A DNA stretch of 64,000 bases, taken from NCBI GenBank assembly GCA_038087875.1, contig CM075990.1:744001-808000 (forward strand), given 5' to 3'. Within the stretch, counting starts at the first letter, position 1. Each line of letters starts with the position of its first letter. A program made the translations under genes and the position numbers. Positions 50,930 to 64,000 of this stretch are shown here, one piece after another. This stretch comes from Malacoraja senta. Its lineage: Eukaryota. The notes beneath the pieces were generated by a model, which saw only the letters and a list, made by a program, of their open reading frames with translations, searched no databases and had not been told where the DNA came from.

Positions 50930-53900
50930 AGTTGCATCGTTCCTATAACAGTGAGAATTAAACTGAATACAATACTCAAAATGTGGGCTCTCTAATGTTG
51001 CTACAGCTGAAGTATAATGTCCCAACTTCTATACTCCTTCTCTGAAGGCTTGCATGCCAAATCCTTCTTTACTACGCTAGTTAGCTGCAACACCATTTTC
51101 AGGAAACTATGCACTGGCGCTCCTAGATCCCTCAGCTCTGCAACACTCCCCAAGGCCATACAGTTGACTGTGAAGGTTCCATTTCCTAAAGTGCAACATC
51201 TCTCACTTACCTTAATTAAATTCCATTTGTCGTTCTTCTGCATACTTGCCCAGCTGATCAAGATTCTGCCGTAATTCTTGATAACCACCTTCATGGTCCA
51301 TGATATCACATATTTTAATGTAATCTGCATTATGTCTTGTCCTATACTAATCATGTCTTGTACATTCTAATCCTAATCAATGATATAGTTGACATGCCAC
51401 ATCTCTTCAAACTTCTTCCGATCTGTTATCAGGCAACTGAACCATCCTACCTCAACTGGAGAGCAGTCCTGAACTACTATCTACATCATTGGAGACCCTC
51501 GGACTATCTTAGATCGGACGGTACTGACTTTATCTTGCACTAAACATTATCCCCTTTATCATGTATCTGTACACTGTACACTGATCATGTATTGTCTTTC
51601 TATTGATTAGTTAGCTCGTAACAAAAGCTTTTCACTTTTCACTCGATACATGTGACAATAAATTACATTATACTAAACTAAACTTAACTAAACTTCTGAG
51701 AAAGTAGAGGTTTTAATTATTTTGCTTTGTAATTGCTTTAATGTGCTGGGCCCAGGACAGATTATTAGATATGTGTAAGACCAGAACATAAAGCTGTTGA
51801 CTCTCTACACTACTATCCTGCTGATGAAGTTGTATAAACAAATCAGAGGGAGATGAAAGAGTTATAGAGATACAATCATCGGGGATTTCATCTTACCCAA
51901 TATTAACAGATTCCTCTTTAGTCTAAAAGGCATAAGCCAGCATGTAGATGTTTCCATGAGAGTAGGGGCAGTGCATTATCTAACCTTCGGGGATGTAGCT
52001 AAACAAGTGGCTGAAGCGTCAATGAGCTAATATTTTTCTCACTGAGAAAGTGTCAATGAATCACACAGCTTTACAACTTGGTAACAGGCCCATCGACTCA
52101 ATTCGTCCACGCTATCCAACGTTATCCCAATTACATGTGCTTGGCCCTTCAAACCTCTCCCATGCATACACTTCTCCAAATGTCTTTAAGATGTTGTAAA
52201 TGTACATGCCTTTGCCACTTCCTCAGGCAGCTCGTTCCATAAACCCACCATCCTCTGTGTGAAAAAGTGGCCCCTCGGGTTCTCTTCAATATTTCTCCTC
52301 TCACCTTAAACCTATGCTCTCTAATTTTACGCCATCCCTCCCACTTACCCTGGTGAAAAGACCGCGTTGTCTTGTGATTTGATAAACCTCTATAAGGTCA
52401 CTTCCCAGCCTTATACCAAAATGCAAAAACCTCATATTTATCTGTATTAAACTCCATTTTCCATTCCTTGGCCCATTGATCCAGTTGATTAAGATCCAGT
52501 TATAATGATCAATAACCACTTTCATTGTCCGCTAGACCTGTCACTACTTTCACATCCTAATCATTAAAGTAAGTAACAAATAACAGCTGACTCAGCACCG
52601 ATCTCTGTGGCACACCACTCATTACAGTCTGGAAAACAACTCTCTACCACCACCCGCTGTCTCCTACTTGCAAACCAATCTTGTATCCAGTTAGCTAGGT
52701 TGCCCTGGAACTCATGTGATCTCGTCTTCCGGAGATAATGACAATACCTGTAACTCTATATGTTTCAAAGTAGTTATTGAAAAAAATAAGGATGGTCCAG
52801 AAGTTAATGTCCTGAATTGGGGCAGGACACCATTAATATCACAAATCAGGAACCTGGTAAAAATAAACTGGTAGCAGTTACCCAAGGTAGGTCTAAATGG
52901 ACAAGTGGGAGAAGTTAACACACAGAAGATGGAACAGAACCACACAAGAACAGGCTTTTTGGCCCACAAAGTTTGTGCTGAATCTGATGCCAAGGCCAAC
53001 TCTTATCTGCCTGCACATGATCCATATCCCTCCACTCCATGTATAGCAATATACCTCTCATATCTGCTTTAACCACCATCATCGGCAGTGCATTCCAGGC
53101 ACTCACCATCATCTGCGTAAAATAAAATTTGCCTTTAAAATTTGCCCCTCTTAGCTTGAACATATGCTCACTAGTATTTGATTTTTCCGTACTGGGGAAT
53201 AGAGACATAGAGTCATAGATTCATACAGTGTGGAAACAGGCTCTTTGGCCCAACTTGCCCATGCCAACAATATGCCCTATCTACACTTGTCCCACCTGCC
53301 TATGTTTGGCCAGTATCCTTCTAAACCTATCCTATACATGTACCTGTCCAAATGTCCTTCAAAATGTTATGATAGTACCCGCATCAATGACTTCTTCTGG
53401 CAGCTCGTTCCATATACACACCACCCTCTGGGTTGAAAAAGAAGTTGCCCCTCGGGTTCCTATTAACTCTTTCCCCCCTCACTTTAAACCTACTGTATGT
53501 CCTCTGATTCTTGATTCCCTTACTCTGGGTAATTTTCTCTGCGCATATACCCAATCTAATCCCGTCATGATCGTATAAACCTTATATACACTATGATAGT
53601 CCTCAGATCACCCCTCATCCTCCTGGACTCCAAGGAATAGAGTCCCAGCCTACTCAACCTTTCCCTATAGCTTAGACCCTCTAGTCTTGGCAACATCCTT
53701 GTAAATCTTCTCTGCACCCTTCCAGCTTCACAACACATTGCCTCAGAAATGTCTTGTGCAACTGCAACATGACCTGCCAACTTCTATACTCAAAACTCTT
53801 ACTCATGAAGGCCAATGTTCCAAAAGCCTCTTGACAACCCTATCAACCCTATCAGCTCCAGCACATCTCCAACGTATGATGTTACAACTACAGAAGTATG

Positions 53901-54800
53901 ACACCCTGTCGTGAGCTCCACGTTAAGGGGCTGTCCCACTTCGGCGACCTAATTGGCGAGTCTAGAAGAGTTTAGGAGAGTTTGAAAAAATGTCATGTTG
54001 AAGACCTCCTTCGACTATGTAGAAGACCTCCTTTGACCCCCTTCGACTATGTTGAAGACTAGCTTCGACTAGCTACGACTAGCTTCAGGAAAATTGGACA
54101 CCGAACAGTGGAGAGTGAAGACGACCTCCTTCGATCTCCTTCGACCTCCCTTCGACTATGTTGAAGACTATCTACGACTACCTTCGACTACCTTCGATTA
54201 CCTTTGACTACCCTCGATTACCTACGAATAACATGCCGACCTACTTCGACTAAACCTACGAGTAAAAAAAATATTGATTTTTTTTCATGGTGACCTTTTT
54301 TACTCGCGGGCATTTTTCAGCATGTTGAAAAATAGTCCGCGACCTAGCTGAGGCCTCGAGTACGCGGGGACTACTCTCGAGCATGAAGGAGAGTTACAAA
54401 GACCTCTTAGGACCTTGTGTCGACCATGCTGCGAGTATGAGTCGACGGCAAACTCTTCTAAACTCGCCAATTAGGTCGCTGCAGTGGGACAGCCCCTTTA
54501 CTCTATGCTTCCTTCCATGAAGCTGATTCTCTATTCACTCTGCTAGCTCTCTGTGGATCCCATGCATCCTAACCTTCAGAGCAGCCAACCAGCCTTATCA
54601 AATGACTTGTCAAAATAGGTTCCGATTGTTTACTCTATCTATGCCTCATCATTTGATATACTTCTATCAGGCCGTTCCGCAACCTTGGTATTCAAGAGAA
54701 AACAATCCAACTCTGTCCAAGCTCTCCCTGCAGTGCCCCTAAATGAAGTATCATTCTGGTAAACCTCTTCTGCATCCTTTCTGTGCGTCTGTGACATTCT
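50930..54800 (-). mobile_element. Mosaic of old, decayed CR1 3' fragments, with a Rex1-type 3' UTR at about 51400-51680 on the plus strand
   Basis: Remnants such as EYRSWDIILQL and RVQRRFTRMLPRLEGLSYRERLSRLGLYSLE, plus CR1 3' UTRs. Boundaries approximate. Confidence 0.7.
53926..54497. mobile_element. Harbinger-type MITE with long TIRs and internal (CCTTCGACTA)-type repeats
   Basis: TTA|AGGGGCTGTCCCACT..GCGACCTAATTGGCGAGT.TAGAAGAGTTT ... AAACTCTTCTAAACTCGCCAATTAGGTCGC..CAGTGGGACAGCCCCT|TTA. Confidence 0.92.
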
Positions 54801-55103
54801 CCTTCATCAGCTAATCCTCTGTCTCTTTATCACACTTTCTATCATGTCTGAAACATCTGACTCCTGGAACTTTGAGCTGCCCTTCTTGCCCCTCCTTCAT
54901 TTAAGTCTTTGTAATAGCCTTAATATTGGAGTTCTATACCTTAATCTAGACTCCAAGTTCATCGGCCTTATCTGTAATATTCTTTGCGTTGAAATATATA
55001 CACTTCAGCCTATCTCTCCATTGTGTTTATTGACATCAACATTTCTGTCCTTACTTCTAGTTTTACTTGACCTAATCTCTACCTTGCCCTCAATCCTACT
55101 GCA

Positions 55104-56247
55104 CTTAGTACGGGAGACAAGTGTACTGACTGTGTGGGCAGTCACTTTGGTAGTGATTGCCCATGCGATTCACTGTCGAGGACTTCATAATGCTGGGAGC
55201 ATTATAAACAGTGGAGCGATTAACCCTGCAAAGGGGGGAGACTTCTCTCTGCGTTGGAACCAGGAAACAGAAGCAGGAATTTTCTTGAGGTTATTAACGA
55301 CAGATAAATGGATGGGAATGGTTTAGAGGGCTATGGGCCACATGCAGGCAAATAGGACTACCCCAAGACGCCAACTTGGACGGCACGGCCAAGCTGGGCC
55401 GAAGGACCTGTTTCCGTGTTCTACAGCACCATGACTAAGGCCTATCCAGTGGGATTGACATATTTTGTATTTTTCCTTTCTAAAGATGCAGTGTATTTTG
55501 GTGACTATTGCACACTGCAGACCAGAAGCGCCTTCAATACCCAGAGAGAAGGGATGGGTAGGTTAGGTGAGCAGGAGAGTGGGGTTGTTTGCAGTTGCAG
55601 AGGGAGGGGGCAAGAGCGGTACAGTTCCCAGTCTCAGCTCCTGTTCTACCGAGCGTGTGGACGTGGACGGGTGGCTTGGTTGGCGGCGGCCCATGGTGTG
55701 GCAGAGCCGGCGTGCCCGCTGACTCCCATCCCCCCCCCCCCCCCCGGTCCGGGGCCACGCTGGGAGAGAGCCCCCGAGCATCTGCCCCGGGGCGACTGGC
55801 ACTGACCTGCTGGCATCGCCGACGTGAAGACAGTGCAAAGCCCCCGCGCCTGGTGCAATGGGCGGGGAGCTGGAGAGGGGAGGGAAGGGGTCACACACAT
55901 GGCCGGGAAGCAGGGGGGTGGGGGTGGGGGTGGCGACAGACAGGGCCAACAATGAGATGGAGAAAGACAGAAACACCGACGTGCAAAGGAGACCTACAAT
56001 AGTGCATGATGTCTCTCGCGTTATGGCGGGTGATTGTCGCCTGCCCGCTGTTTCTGACGTTAAAGCCTTGGGATCGTTGCCCTTCATGTTGGCGTGGAGG
56101 GGGAGGGGGGTATTGTGCTGTTTGATCGCCCCCTGCTATCCCAGGGACAGGCAGACACGGCGGCTTTTGAGACTGGTGGACAATCACTACCAAAGTGTCT
56201 GCCCACACAGTCAGTACACCTCTCCTACACTTGTCTCCCGCACTAAG
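55104..56247. mobile_element. Unclassified non-autonomous DNA element with about 60-bp TIRs
   Basis: CTTAGTACGGGAGACAAGTGTACTGACTGTGTGGGCAGTCACTTTGGTAGTGATTG is inverted at 56180-56247. GC-rich interior, with a CR1 tail inserted at about 55285-55435. Confidence 0.75.
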
Positions 56248-56931
56248 ATCATCCCGCAGAGAATGATCCCAGCCTAACCCAAGAGCCTTGTCACCCCAGA
56301 CAGATTAATGACGCCCGCGCATCCCCCCCCCCCCCAACCTCCCTCCACCTCAACTCACGCCTGGGCACCAAGCAGCTCAGGAGGCGAACCCTGAGCTCCG
56401 TCTCCCAACAATCTGATGCGCAACTGATGTGAAAGAACAGCGGCTGCGGCCGGCCGGCACCCGGCATGGACTTTTCACACCCTCACAGTGTGTAGACCTG
56501 GCAGTAAATTCAATTAAAATATAGCAAACCTCTGCCCGCTGGTCTTCTAACTACTTGATGTGTGTTTCAAACAAATCATAAGTATAACTGCTCTGGCACT
56601 GGATGGTGCGCATTTACCCTTTGTAGGTCAAATCAATAGATGCGGCCGCGCTGAATTCTATCTTTAACTCAAAGCCGCAGGATGGAGATATCTTCTTTAA
56701 CGCTGTTGCTTATTAAAACAGACCTTCATTCACGGTTGGCTCAAGAGTAACTCGGGGGAGGAACTTGGAACATCGCAGAAATGACAAGTAAACGGCAAAC
56801 TTAGTCATACCCGTGGGAACTCGGTTAAACTCTTGATCATACACTTGGAATCTCGTACACAACCACGAGTCTTTCACTCGGGGTACCTCGTGGGTCAGCT
56901 CACACCGTGAGACAGGGCTTTAATTCTCTAA

Positions 56932-56933
<2 letters not shown>

Positions 56934-57022
<89 letters not shown>

Positions 57023-57102
57023 TGTGTGTGTGTGTATGTGTGTGTATATACATATGATCTGTATATATGTGTATGTGTGAGTATGTGTATATATATACAC
57101 AC
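56934..57102. repeat. (TG)n/(TA)n microsatellite
   Basis: Directly visible. Confidence 0.97.
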
Positions 57103-57689
57103 ACTGACATTTTTTTCTTGTTTATTACATTGTTTACAGTGCATTATGTTTACATACACTGTATTCTGTTGTGCTGCTGCAAGTAAGAATGTCATTGTTC
57201 TATCTGGGACATATGATGATAAAACACTCTTGACTAGAACCACATCCTACTTGCCACATTTGTTATTGCTTATTAACCCAGAACTTCTTTCTTTTCTCAA
57301 ATCTCTCAATCTCAGTTGGGAAAATTGGGATTGCTTGGAGTCAGCAACATTGGCACAGAAAATCCATTGGAGCGCAGGAGGATGGGGGTGATCTGAGGAG
57401 GTAGTTGAGGCAAGGACTAAGCCAACAGTTAGACAGGTATATGGATTGGATAGGTTTGGATGGATATGGGCCAAATACAGGCAGGTGAGACTAGTATAGC
57501 TGGGACATGTTGTCCAGTGTGGGCAGGTTGGGCCGAAGGGCCTGTTTCCACGCTATGACCATATGACTATGATTTTAGAATGTATGGGTTATTAAGCGAT
57601 AAGGGATATTTAAAGTATATCTGTTGTAAAAATTGGGTGGGGGAGACAAGCACTTTAATTCGCCTTCCCATTCAGACCTTTCTGTCCTC

Positions 57690-58680
57690 CTCCATTCACA
57701 AAGTTGGAGGAATAGTACCTCATATTTCACTTGAGCAGTTTACACCCCAGTGGTATGAATATTGATTTCTCTTACTTCAAGTAACCCTTGCATCCCCTCT
57801 CTCTCTGTCCCTCCCCCACCCAAGTCATTGTCTGTAACTCGTTTTCACCTAGCCCACAGCTAACAATGGCCTGTTTCCTTCATCATCATTACTTTTTGCA
57901 TCTTTCATTCATTTGTTCTATATCTCTCTGTATAACCATCTATATCTCTCGTTTCCCTTTCCCCCGACTCTGCCTGAAGAAGGGTCTCAACCCAAAACGT
58001 CATCTTTTCCTTTTCTCCAGAGATGCTGTCTGACCCGCTGAGTTACCCCAGCTTTTTAATGCCTATCTTCGGTTTAAATCAGCATCTGCAGTTCCTTCCT
58101 ACACAGTTGCAAGTTTAGGAGTCTTAACAGGCAAAGATGAGATACAGTACATGGATTCAAATGCAGAGAGAAGTGAGTAACAGATACTTGAAGTATGGGG
58201 AATGCACCTCCATGTCTACTTCTGGGTCTTTCCTAATAATGAGGGGACTATCATGGGAATAGATATGTGTAGGAAAGAACTGCAGATGCTGGTTTAAATC
58301 GAAGGTAGACACAAAATGTTGGAGTAACTCAGCGGGACAGGCAGCATCTCTGGCGAGAAGGAATGGGTGACATCTTGGGTCGAGACCCTTCTCAAAATGA
58401 AACGAGCTTGAGGAACTACATGACAGACTCCTGTCCCTTGATAGGGTTGGGAATTGGCATCATCCAAATGTATACACACTGGAAAAGCCACATACAGGAG
58501 GGTTTCATTCAAAGTGTACTTCATAACTGGCACTAAATACCCTTTATCTCAGGTTACTCCAGCTTTTTGCGTCTACCTTCGGATTGAACCAGCATCTGCA
58601 GTTCCTTCCTACCCATTCCTTCCCTCCAGAGATGCAGCCTGTCCTGCTGAGTTACTCCGGCTTTTTGTGTCTATCTACAC
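57690..58680. mobile_element. Cluster of Penelope 3'-end and pseudo-LTR fragments in both orientations
   Basis: SLHPSGMNIDF coding end at about 57737-57770, hammerhead-like motif at 57974-58001, inverted copy at 58265-58395, and partial copies at 58550-58680. Confidence 0.75.
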
Positions 58681-59404
58681 TTTATCTCTCTCTAGCTTTC
58701 AGGGAACTGTTGTGAGAAGAAACGTGGGCGTTTTGTTAGGGTTCTGGGCATCTCCGTGATCCACGATCTTCTGCTCCTCAGTACCAAAAGGGACATTGAC
58801 AGACGTTAAATGGAGTTCATCATACAGAGGTTGGCATGGCTTCAACAAAATACATCATTCATTCTGTTTTCATGTCAGGATAACTCAGTAAATCAATAAG
58901 CATCAGTGTAGAGCAAAGAATGTGATAGAAATGTGCACCTGTGCAATGAACTGTACCTTTGGACAGGTTATTTCTGGGTCTTACTTTCACTTGACATATA
59001 AACGTGCCTAAGGCCACACACTGTGATGTCAAGCAGTGTGCTTCTGCAAAATCTATTCACACCTTGTGTCCTACCCATGTCATAGAATCAGAGAATTACA
59101 TAGTATGGAAACAGGCCCTGTGTCTCAATTCTTCCATGCAGATGAAAATGTATATTTGGGCGAGTGCCATTTACCTGCATTACCCTATCAACCTTTATTT
59201 CCATGTAGACACAAAATGCTTGAGTATGGAAAATCGAGTTCCATGTACCCGTCCAAATGCCTTTTCTCATTGGAATTTTAGTCACCTCTGCAGCTTCCTC
59301 TAGCATCCCATTCCATATATTCACGACCCTCTGTAGGAAAATGTTACTCCACAGGTGCCTTTTAATTCTTTCCCGCTCTAACTTCAAACTTATGCCTAAA
59401 AAAA

Positions 59405-60215
59405 TGGCACAAAGTGCTGGAGTAACTCAGCGGCTCAGGTATCACCTCTGGAGAGAAGGAATGCGTGACATTTCGGGTTGAAACCCTTCTCCAGACAAGA
59501 AGATGAGATGCAGATGAGGTTACAGGAGGTACATGTGAATCTCCGTCTCATCTGGAAGGACTGTTGGGGTCACTGGATGGATGTGAGACAGGAGGGATAG
59601 GTATTACATCTCCGGTGGTTGCTGAGGAAAGTAGCTGAGGAGAGGATGGTTTGGGTGCGAAGGGGTGAGTGAACCAGGGTGTTGCTGAGGGAGCTGTCTC
59701 TGCAGAAGGCACAAAAGGGTAGGGATGAGAAATATGAATGGTGGTGGGATCCCATTGGAGATGGCAAAAATGTCTGGGAATGATGTATTGGATGCAGAGG
59801 CTAGGCGAGTGGGGTTCAAGTTGAGGACAGGGAAACTATCCTTGTTCCATCTGGGGGGGTTGGGGGTAAGGGAGCAGGAGCAGAACTATGGAACACAGAG
59901 GAGACATAGATGAGGGATCCATCTATGACATGGAGAGGTGACCACATTTACTAAAGAAAGAGGACATCTTGGATGGAAAACCTTATTCTGGGAGCAGATG
60001 CGACAGTGATGGAGAAATTGAGAGGACATCATCTTTGCAAAAGACAGGGTGGGAGGAGGTGAAGTCCAGATAACTGTGGGAATCAGGTTTGTAATAGATG
60101 CCGGTTGATAATCTGTCCCTTGTGATGGAGTCAGAGAAATCAAGAAAGGGGAGAGATATGTCAGAGATAGTCCATGTGAATTTGAGGGCAGTGTGGGAGT
60201 TACTGGTAAAGGTAA
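59405..60215 (-). mobile_element. Decayed Penelope-like RT/linker fragment with a pseudo-LTR piece
   Basis: Similar to 6150-6390 (GGTGGTGGGATCCCATTGGAG) and to the reverse complement of 63600-63900. Degenerate motif at 59467-59493. Confidence 0.7.
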
Positions 60216-61054
60216 CTTTTAGTTTAGTTTAAAGATACAGCACGGTAACAGGCCCTTCGGCCCTACAATAGCTCAACCACTACACCACCGTGCCACCCGG
60301 TTATAACATGATGTCATTAACTTCTGTACTCAGTGCTTTGACTGATAAAGGCAGGCAATCCGAACGCTTTCTTCATCATCCTGTCTCCACTTACAGGGAA
60401 CTGTGTACTTGCACTATATCACTCTGTTCTAAAAACTCTCCAGGGCCCTGCAACTTACAGTGTAAATCCCGCCCAGGTTTTATGTACTTTTTCCTAAATG
60501 CAATACGTGACACTTACCCGAGTTAAATTTAATCTGCCATTCCTTATCCAATTCTTCTGTTCACTTAGATCCTGTTGTAGTATTGTAGAGAGGTACCTTT
60601 TTTGCACAAAGGGTGGTGGGTGTATGGAACAAGCTGCCAGACGAGGTAGTTGAGGCAGGAACTACACCAACATTTAAGAAACATTTAGACAGGTACATGG
60701 ATAGGGCAGGTTTGGAGGGATATGGGCCAAATGCGAGCGGGTGAGGTGGGCCGGTGTGGGCAAGTTGGGCTGAAGGGCCTGTTTCCACGCTGTATCACTC
60801 TATGAACTGATGACTCTAGTCTAAGATAACTATATTCTATGTCCACTACACCAACTATTTTGGTGTCATCTTGCAAACATACAAAACTGTTCAAATCGTT
60901 CTCAAACAAATTATTAACATGAACAGGGCACACTGTTCGTCTCGGGCCTCCACCATCACCCTCTGACTCTTTCAACCAAGCTAATGTTGTTATTGCTATT
61001 GGTATTGGTTTGTTATTTTCTCATACACCGCAATACCGAGAAAAACTTTATTTA

Positions 61055-61320
61055 GTTTAATTTAGTTTAGTTTAGAGATACAACACAGAAACAGGCCCTT
61101 CAGCCCACCGAGTCCGCGCCGACCAGCGATCCCCGCACATTAACGCTACCCTTCATACACACCAGGGACAAACTTTACATTTATACCAAGCCAATTAACC
61201 TACAAACCTGTACATTTTTGGAGCGTGGGAGGAAACCAAAGATCTTGGAGAAAACCCACGCAGGTCACGGGGAGAACATACAAACTGCCTATGGACAAGC
61301 ACCCCTAGTCAGGATCGAAC
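61055..61320 (-). mobile_element. HE1/V-SINE-like SINE
   Basis: (CTAAA)n tail, CR1-like 3' end and core, as in the other copies. Confidence 0.8.
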
Positions 61321-61484
61321 AGCCTGACAGGTAATAGGTTGATACAGGTGGGTTCTTGGATATGTGAGACAAAACGATTGAAGATTTGAAAATTGTGAAG
61401 AACGGAATGCAGATGGAAAGAGCAGGGTAGAGGAGATATAGGTGCAAGTCCAAGTGGGACACAGGGGACAGGGGAGAAGTGTGA

Positions 61485-61950
61485 AGAAAGTATCTATCTC
61501 TGCCTTAAAATTATCAATTGACTTGGCCTCCACAGCCTGCTGTGGCAATGAATTCCACAGAATCACCACCTGAGACGAAAGAAATTCCATCTCATCTCCT
61601 TTCTAAAGGTACAGCCTTTTATTCTGAGTGGAACATCCTCTCCATATCCATTCTATCCAGGCATTTTACTATTCAGTAAGTTTCAATGATGTGTCCCCTC
61701 GTCCTTCTAAACTCCAGTGAATACAGGCCCATAGATATCAAATGCTCATCATACATTAACCCAATCATCCCCAGGATCATTCTCGTAAACCTCCTCTGGA
61801 CCCTCTCCAATGCTAGCACATTCTTCTTCAAATAAGGGGCCCTAAACTGCTTATAACGCTCCAAAGGCAGTCCTGACGAGGCCCATATAAAGCCTCACCA
61901 TTACATTCCTGTTTTTATAGACCTCTCGAAATAAATGCTAACTTTGCATT
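61485..61950 (-). mobile_element. Decayed CR1 3' fragment
   Basis: ORF 61673..61864 reads LERVQRRFTRMI...GLYSLEFRR.RG..IETY. Confidence 0.75.
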
Positions 61951-61954
61951 TAAG

Positions 61955-62830
61955 ATATGATAGGATACGATACGATACGATACGATACGATAAAACTTTA
62001 TTCATCCCCGGAGGGAAATTGTTCTGCCGACAGTCACAACACACAAGGTACACAAAAACATGTTATTTAAAGTGCAAAAAAAAAAGAAAAGGACAAGCCA
62101 CTGTTGTTTGGCTGCCGTGTGCACAGCGCCTTCACCGGAACATACCGGAACAAACAACAAACAAACGAACGCAGGCTTATCTCCTGGGCAGAGGATTCTA
62201 AAGGCCCTGTCCCACTGTACGAGTTCATTCAAGAGCTCTCCCGAGTTTAAAAGAAAAATCAAACTCGTGGTAAGCACGGAGAATGAACGTAGCGGGTACG
62301 TTGGAGCTCGGGGACGTCTCTTGGCGGCTCATAACGCGAATGGCAGGTACTCGGGAAGACTCGCTAATGGCAGGTAAGCTCGGGAAGACTCGTGAAGATT
62401 TTTCAACGTTGAAAAATGTCCACGAGAGCCCCGAGTACTTACGAGCGGCCATTACCGTAAATCTCCGCGTTCGAATCAGAGCAAACTCGGGGAGCACTCT
62501 TGAATGAACTCGTACAGTGGGACAGGGCTTTAAAACTAGAGTGTCCCCCCACACTGGGTCCCCCTTTGTTCTCCCACCATCCCTCCTGGCGGTCCCCCCA
62601 CGCCGTGTCCTCCATTGTTTTTCATGGTGGTACCCTCCCCCCCTCACGTTTCACCACCACAGAGGCTCCCGCTGCAGCTGAGGCCCCATCACTGCCAAGG
62701 CTCCCATTACTGTCGATGCTCAAGCTACCGCCGAACTCCCGCTGCCGCCGCTGAGGCTCCCATCGCCGCCGCCGCTGAGGCTCCTTTAACCCAGGCAGGC
62801 CTCGTCGTCCGGCTTCACCTCAGTCCCCAG
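61955..62830 (-). mobile_element. GC-rich non-autonomous retroposed element with a (TATCG)n tail, interrupted by a MITE
   Basis: Minus strand ends AATTTCCCTCCGGGGATGAATAAAG followed by (TATCG)n, the same tail architecture as 19503-20520. 5' boundary uncertain. Confidence 0.55.
62202..62530. mobile_element. Harbinger-type MITE
   Basis: TAA|AGGCCCTGTCCCACTGTACGAGTTCATTCAAGAG...CTCTTGAATGAACTCGTACAGTGGGACAGGGCTT|TAA. Confidence 0.92.
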
Positions 62831-63061
62831 GGAGACCTGTGGCGCGAGTCAGCGCCGCGGTTGTTCGGCAGGCTGTTACTCCCAACTCTGTTGGCTCCTC
62901 AACCTTCCTGTAGTGTGGTGATCAGTGCTGAGTGCTGTCTAATCACCCAAATTCATGCTCAGTGTTTTGACAATAATATTTATCTTGTTGTGGGGGGTCA
63001 ATTTTAAATTTCACTTCTCAGACTTCACCAACAAATTATGAAATGACTGACCTTACAATAA

Positions 63062-63305
63062 TAAAGATAGACACAAAATGCTGGAGTAACTCAGTGGGAC
63101 AGGCAACATCTCTGGAGAGAAGAAATAGGTGGCGTTTCGGGTTGAGACCCTTCTTCAGATTGAGAGTCAGGGGAGAAAAAAACACAGAGATATGGAAGGG
63201 TAAGGTGTGAAAATGAAACATTAAAGGGGACGAAGTTCAAGGAAAATGTAGAATAGATCATTGTTAACTAGGGGAAGGTGACAACAAAGCATACAAAGAT
63301 AAAAT
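63062..63305 (-). mobile_element. Penelope pseudo-LTR fragment with a hammerhead-like motif
   Basis: Motif at 63131-63158. Reverse complement of about 57850-58070. Confidence 0.75.
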
Positions 63306-63439
63306 AGTGCAATAGTGTTTTACTTGCTAAGGTTTAGATGTTACGTGGAAGGTTTTTGTTTTCACAATTGTACTTCATGCAGATGCAGGTAGAATGGGGC
63401 TGTTGTTCAGCCAGGGTGCTGATGAATTTTACATGGCAT

Positions 63440-64000
63440 GGAAGCAGATCCAAAATGCTGGTGTAACTCAGTGGGACAGGCATCATCTCTGGCGGGAAGG
63501 AATGGGTGACGTTTCAGGTCGAGACCCTTTTTCAGGCTGATGTCAGGGGAGTGGGCAAGCATCGATGCTACCTCCTGCACCCATGGAGAACTCACTCAGT
63601 TCATCAACTTCACGACTAATTTCTATCCTGCACTCAAATTCATTTGGAGCATCTCCGACATCCCCCTACCGTTTCTAGATCTCACCATTTCCATCACAGA
63701 AGACTGACTATTGACTGACACCTATTACAAACCCACTGACTCCCATTGCTATCTAGACTACACATCTTTCCACCCTGCTTCCTGTAAAGTCTCTATCCAC
63801 TACTTCCAATTCCTCCGTCTACGCCGCATCTGTGCCCAGGGTGAGGTTTTCCATTCAAGGTCATCAGAGATGTCCTCATTTTTTAGGAATGGGTGTACCC
63901 CTTTTCCATTTTAGATGAGGCACGAACTAGGGTCTCCTCAATATCCCGCAGCTCCGCTCTTGCTCCCTCTCCCCATTCATAACAAGGACAGAGTCCCCCT
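63440..64000 (+). mobile_element. Penelope-like RT C-terminal fragment preceded by an inverted pseudo-LTR
   Basis: FHPALKF-like, PFLDL, YYKPTDSHCYLDYTSFHP and QFLRLRRIC (ORF 63711..63914). Inverted motif at 63508-63535. Confidence 0.85.

Noticed and set aside
53990..54260. Short repeated units suggestive of a CRISPR array
   Set aside because: Degenerate decamers without unique regular spacers, inside a MITE in vertebrate DNA, with no cas genes.
54844..55326. 160-aa hydrophobic ORF resembling a membrane protein
   Set aside because: It spans the antisense of a decayed CR1 remnant and the TIR of an inserted element, so it is a chance chimera.
56900..57391. HT/CV-repeat ORFs
   Set aside because: Microsatellite artefact.
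58699..58840. Minus-strand open frame PCQPLYDELHL...TTVP* as a possible terminal exon
   Set aside because: Weak acceptor, no recognisable protein similarity, and too short to support.

Overview
Repeat-saturated eukaryotic (vertebrate) genomic DNA with no confidently identifiable host gene. The combination of CR1 LINEs, HE1/V-SINE-like SINEs sharing the CR1 tail, Penelope-like elements and DIRS elements suggests a cartilaginous fish such as a skate or ray (inference). The window is a stack of nested mobile elements: (1) several CR1 LINEs, one with an uninterrupted 988-aa ORF2 at 25146-28112; (2) two DIRS-type tyrosine-recombinase retrotransposons in opposite orientations (8065-12741 and 37687-50467), both flanked by ATT; (3) a class I endogenous retrovirus with LTRs, tRNA-Pro PBS, PPT and pol, but no recognisable gag, pro or env; (4) a Gypsy remnant, Rex1/Babar and L1 LINEs, and at least six PIF/Harbinger-type MITEs flanked by TAA/TTA; (5) about ten Penelope-derived repeats carrying a minimal hammerhead-ribozyme-like motif, some as short fold-back units with 13-14 bp target-site duplications. 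The most unusual signals are those hammerhead fold-back units and a conserved 55-57 nt GT-AG intron-like segment just before gag in both DIRS elements. All calls are from reading motifs by eye; no database searches were run.
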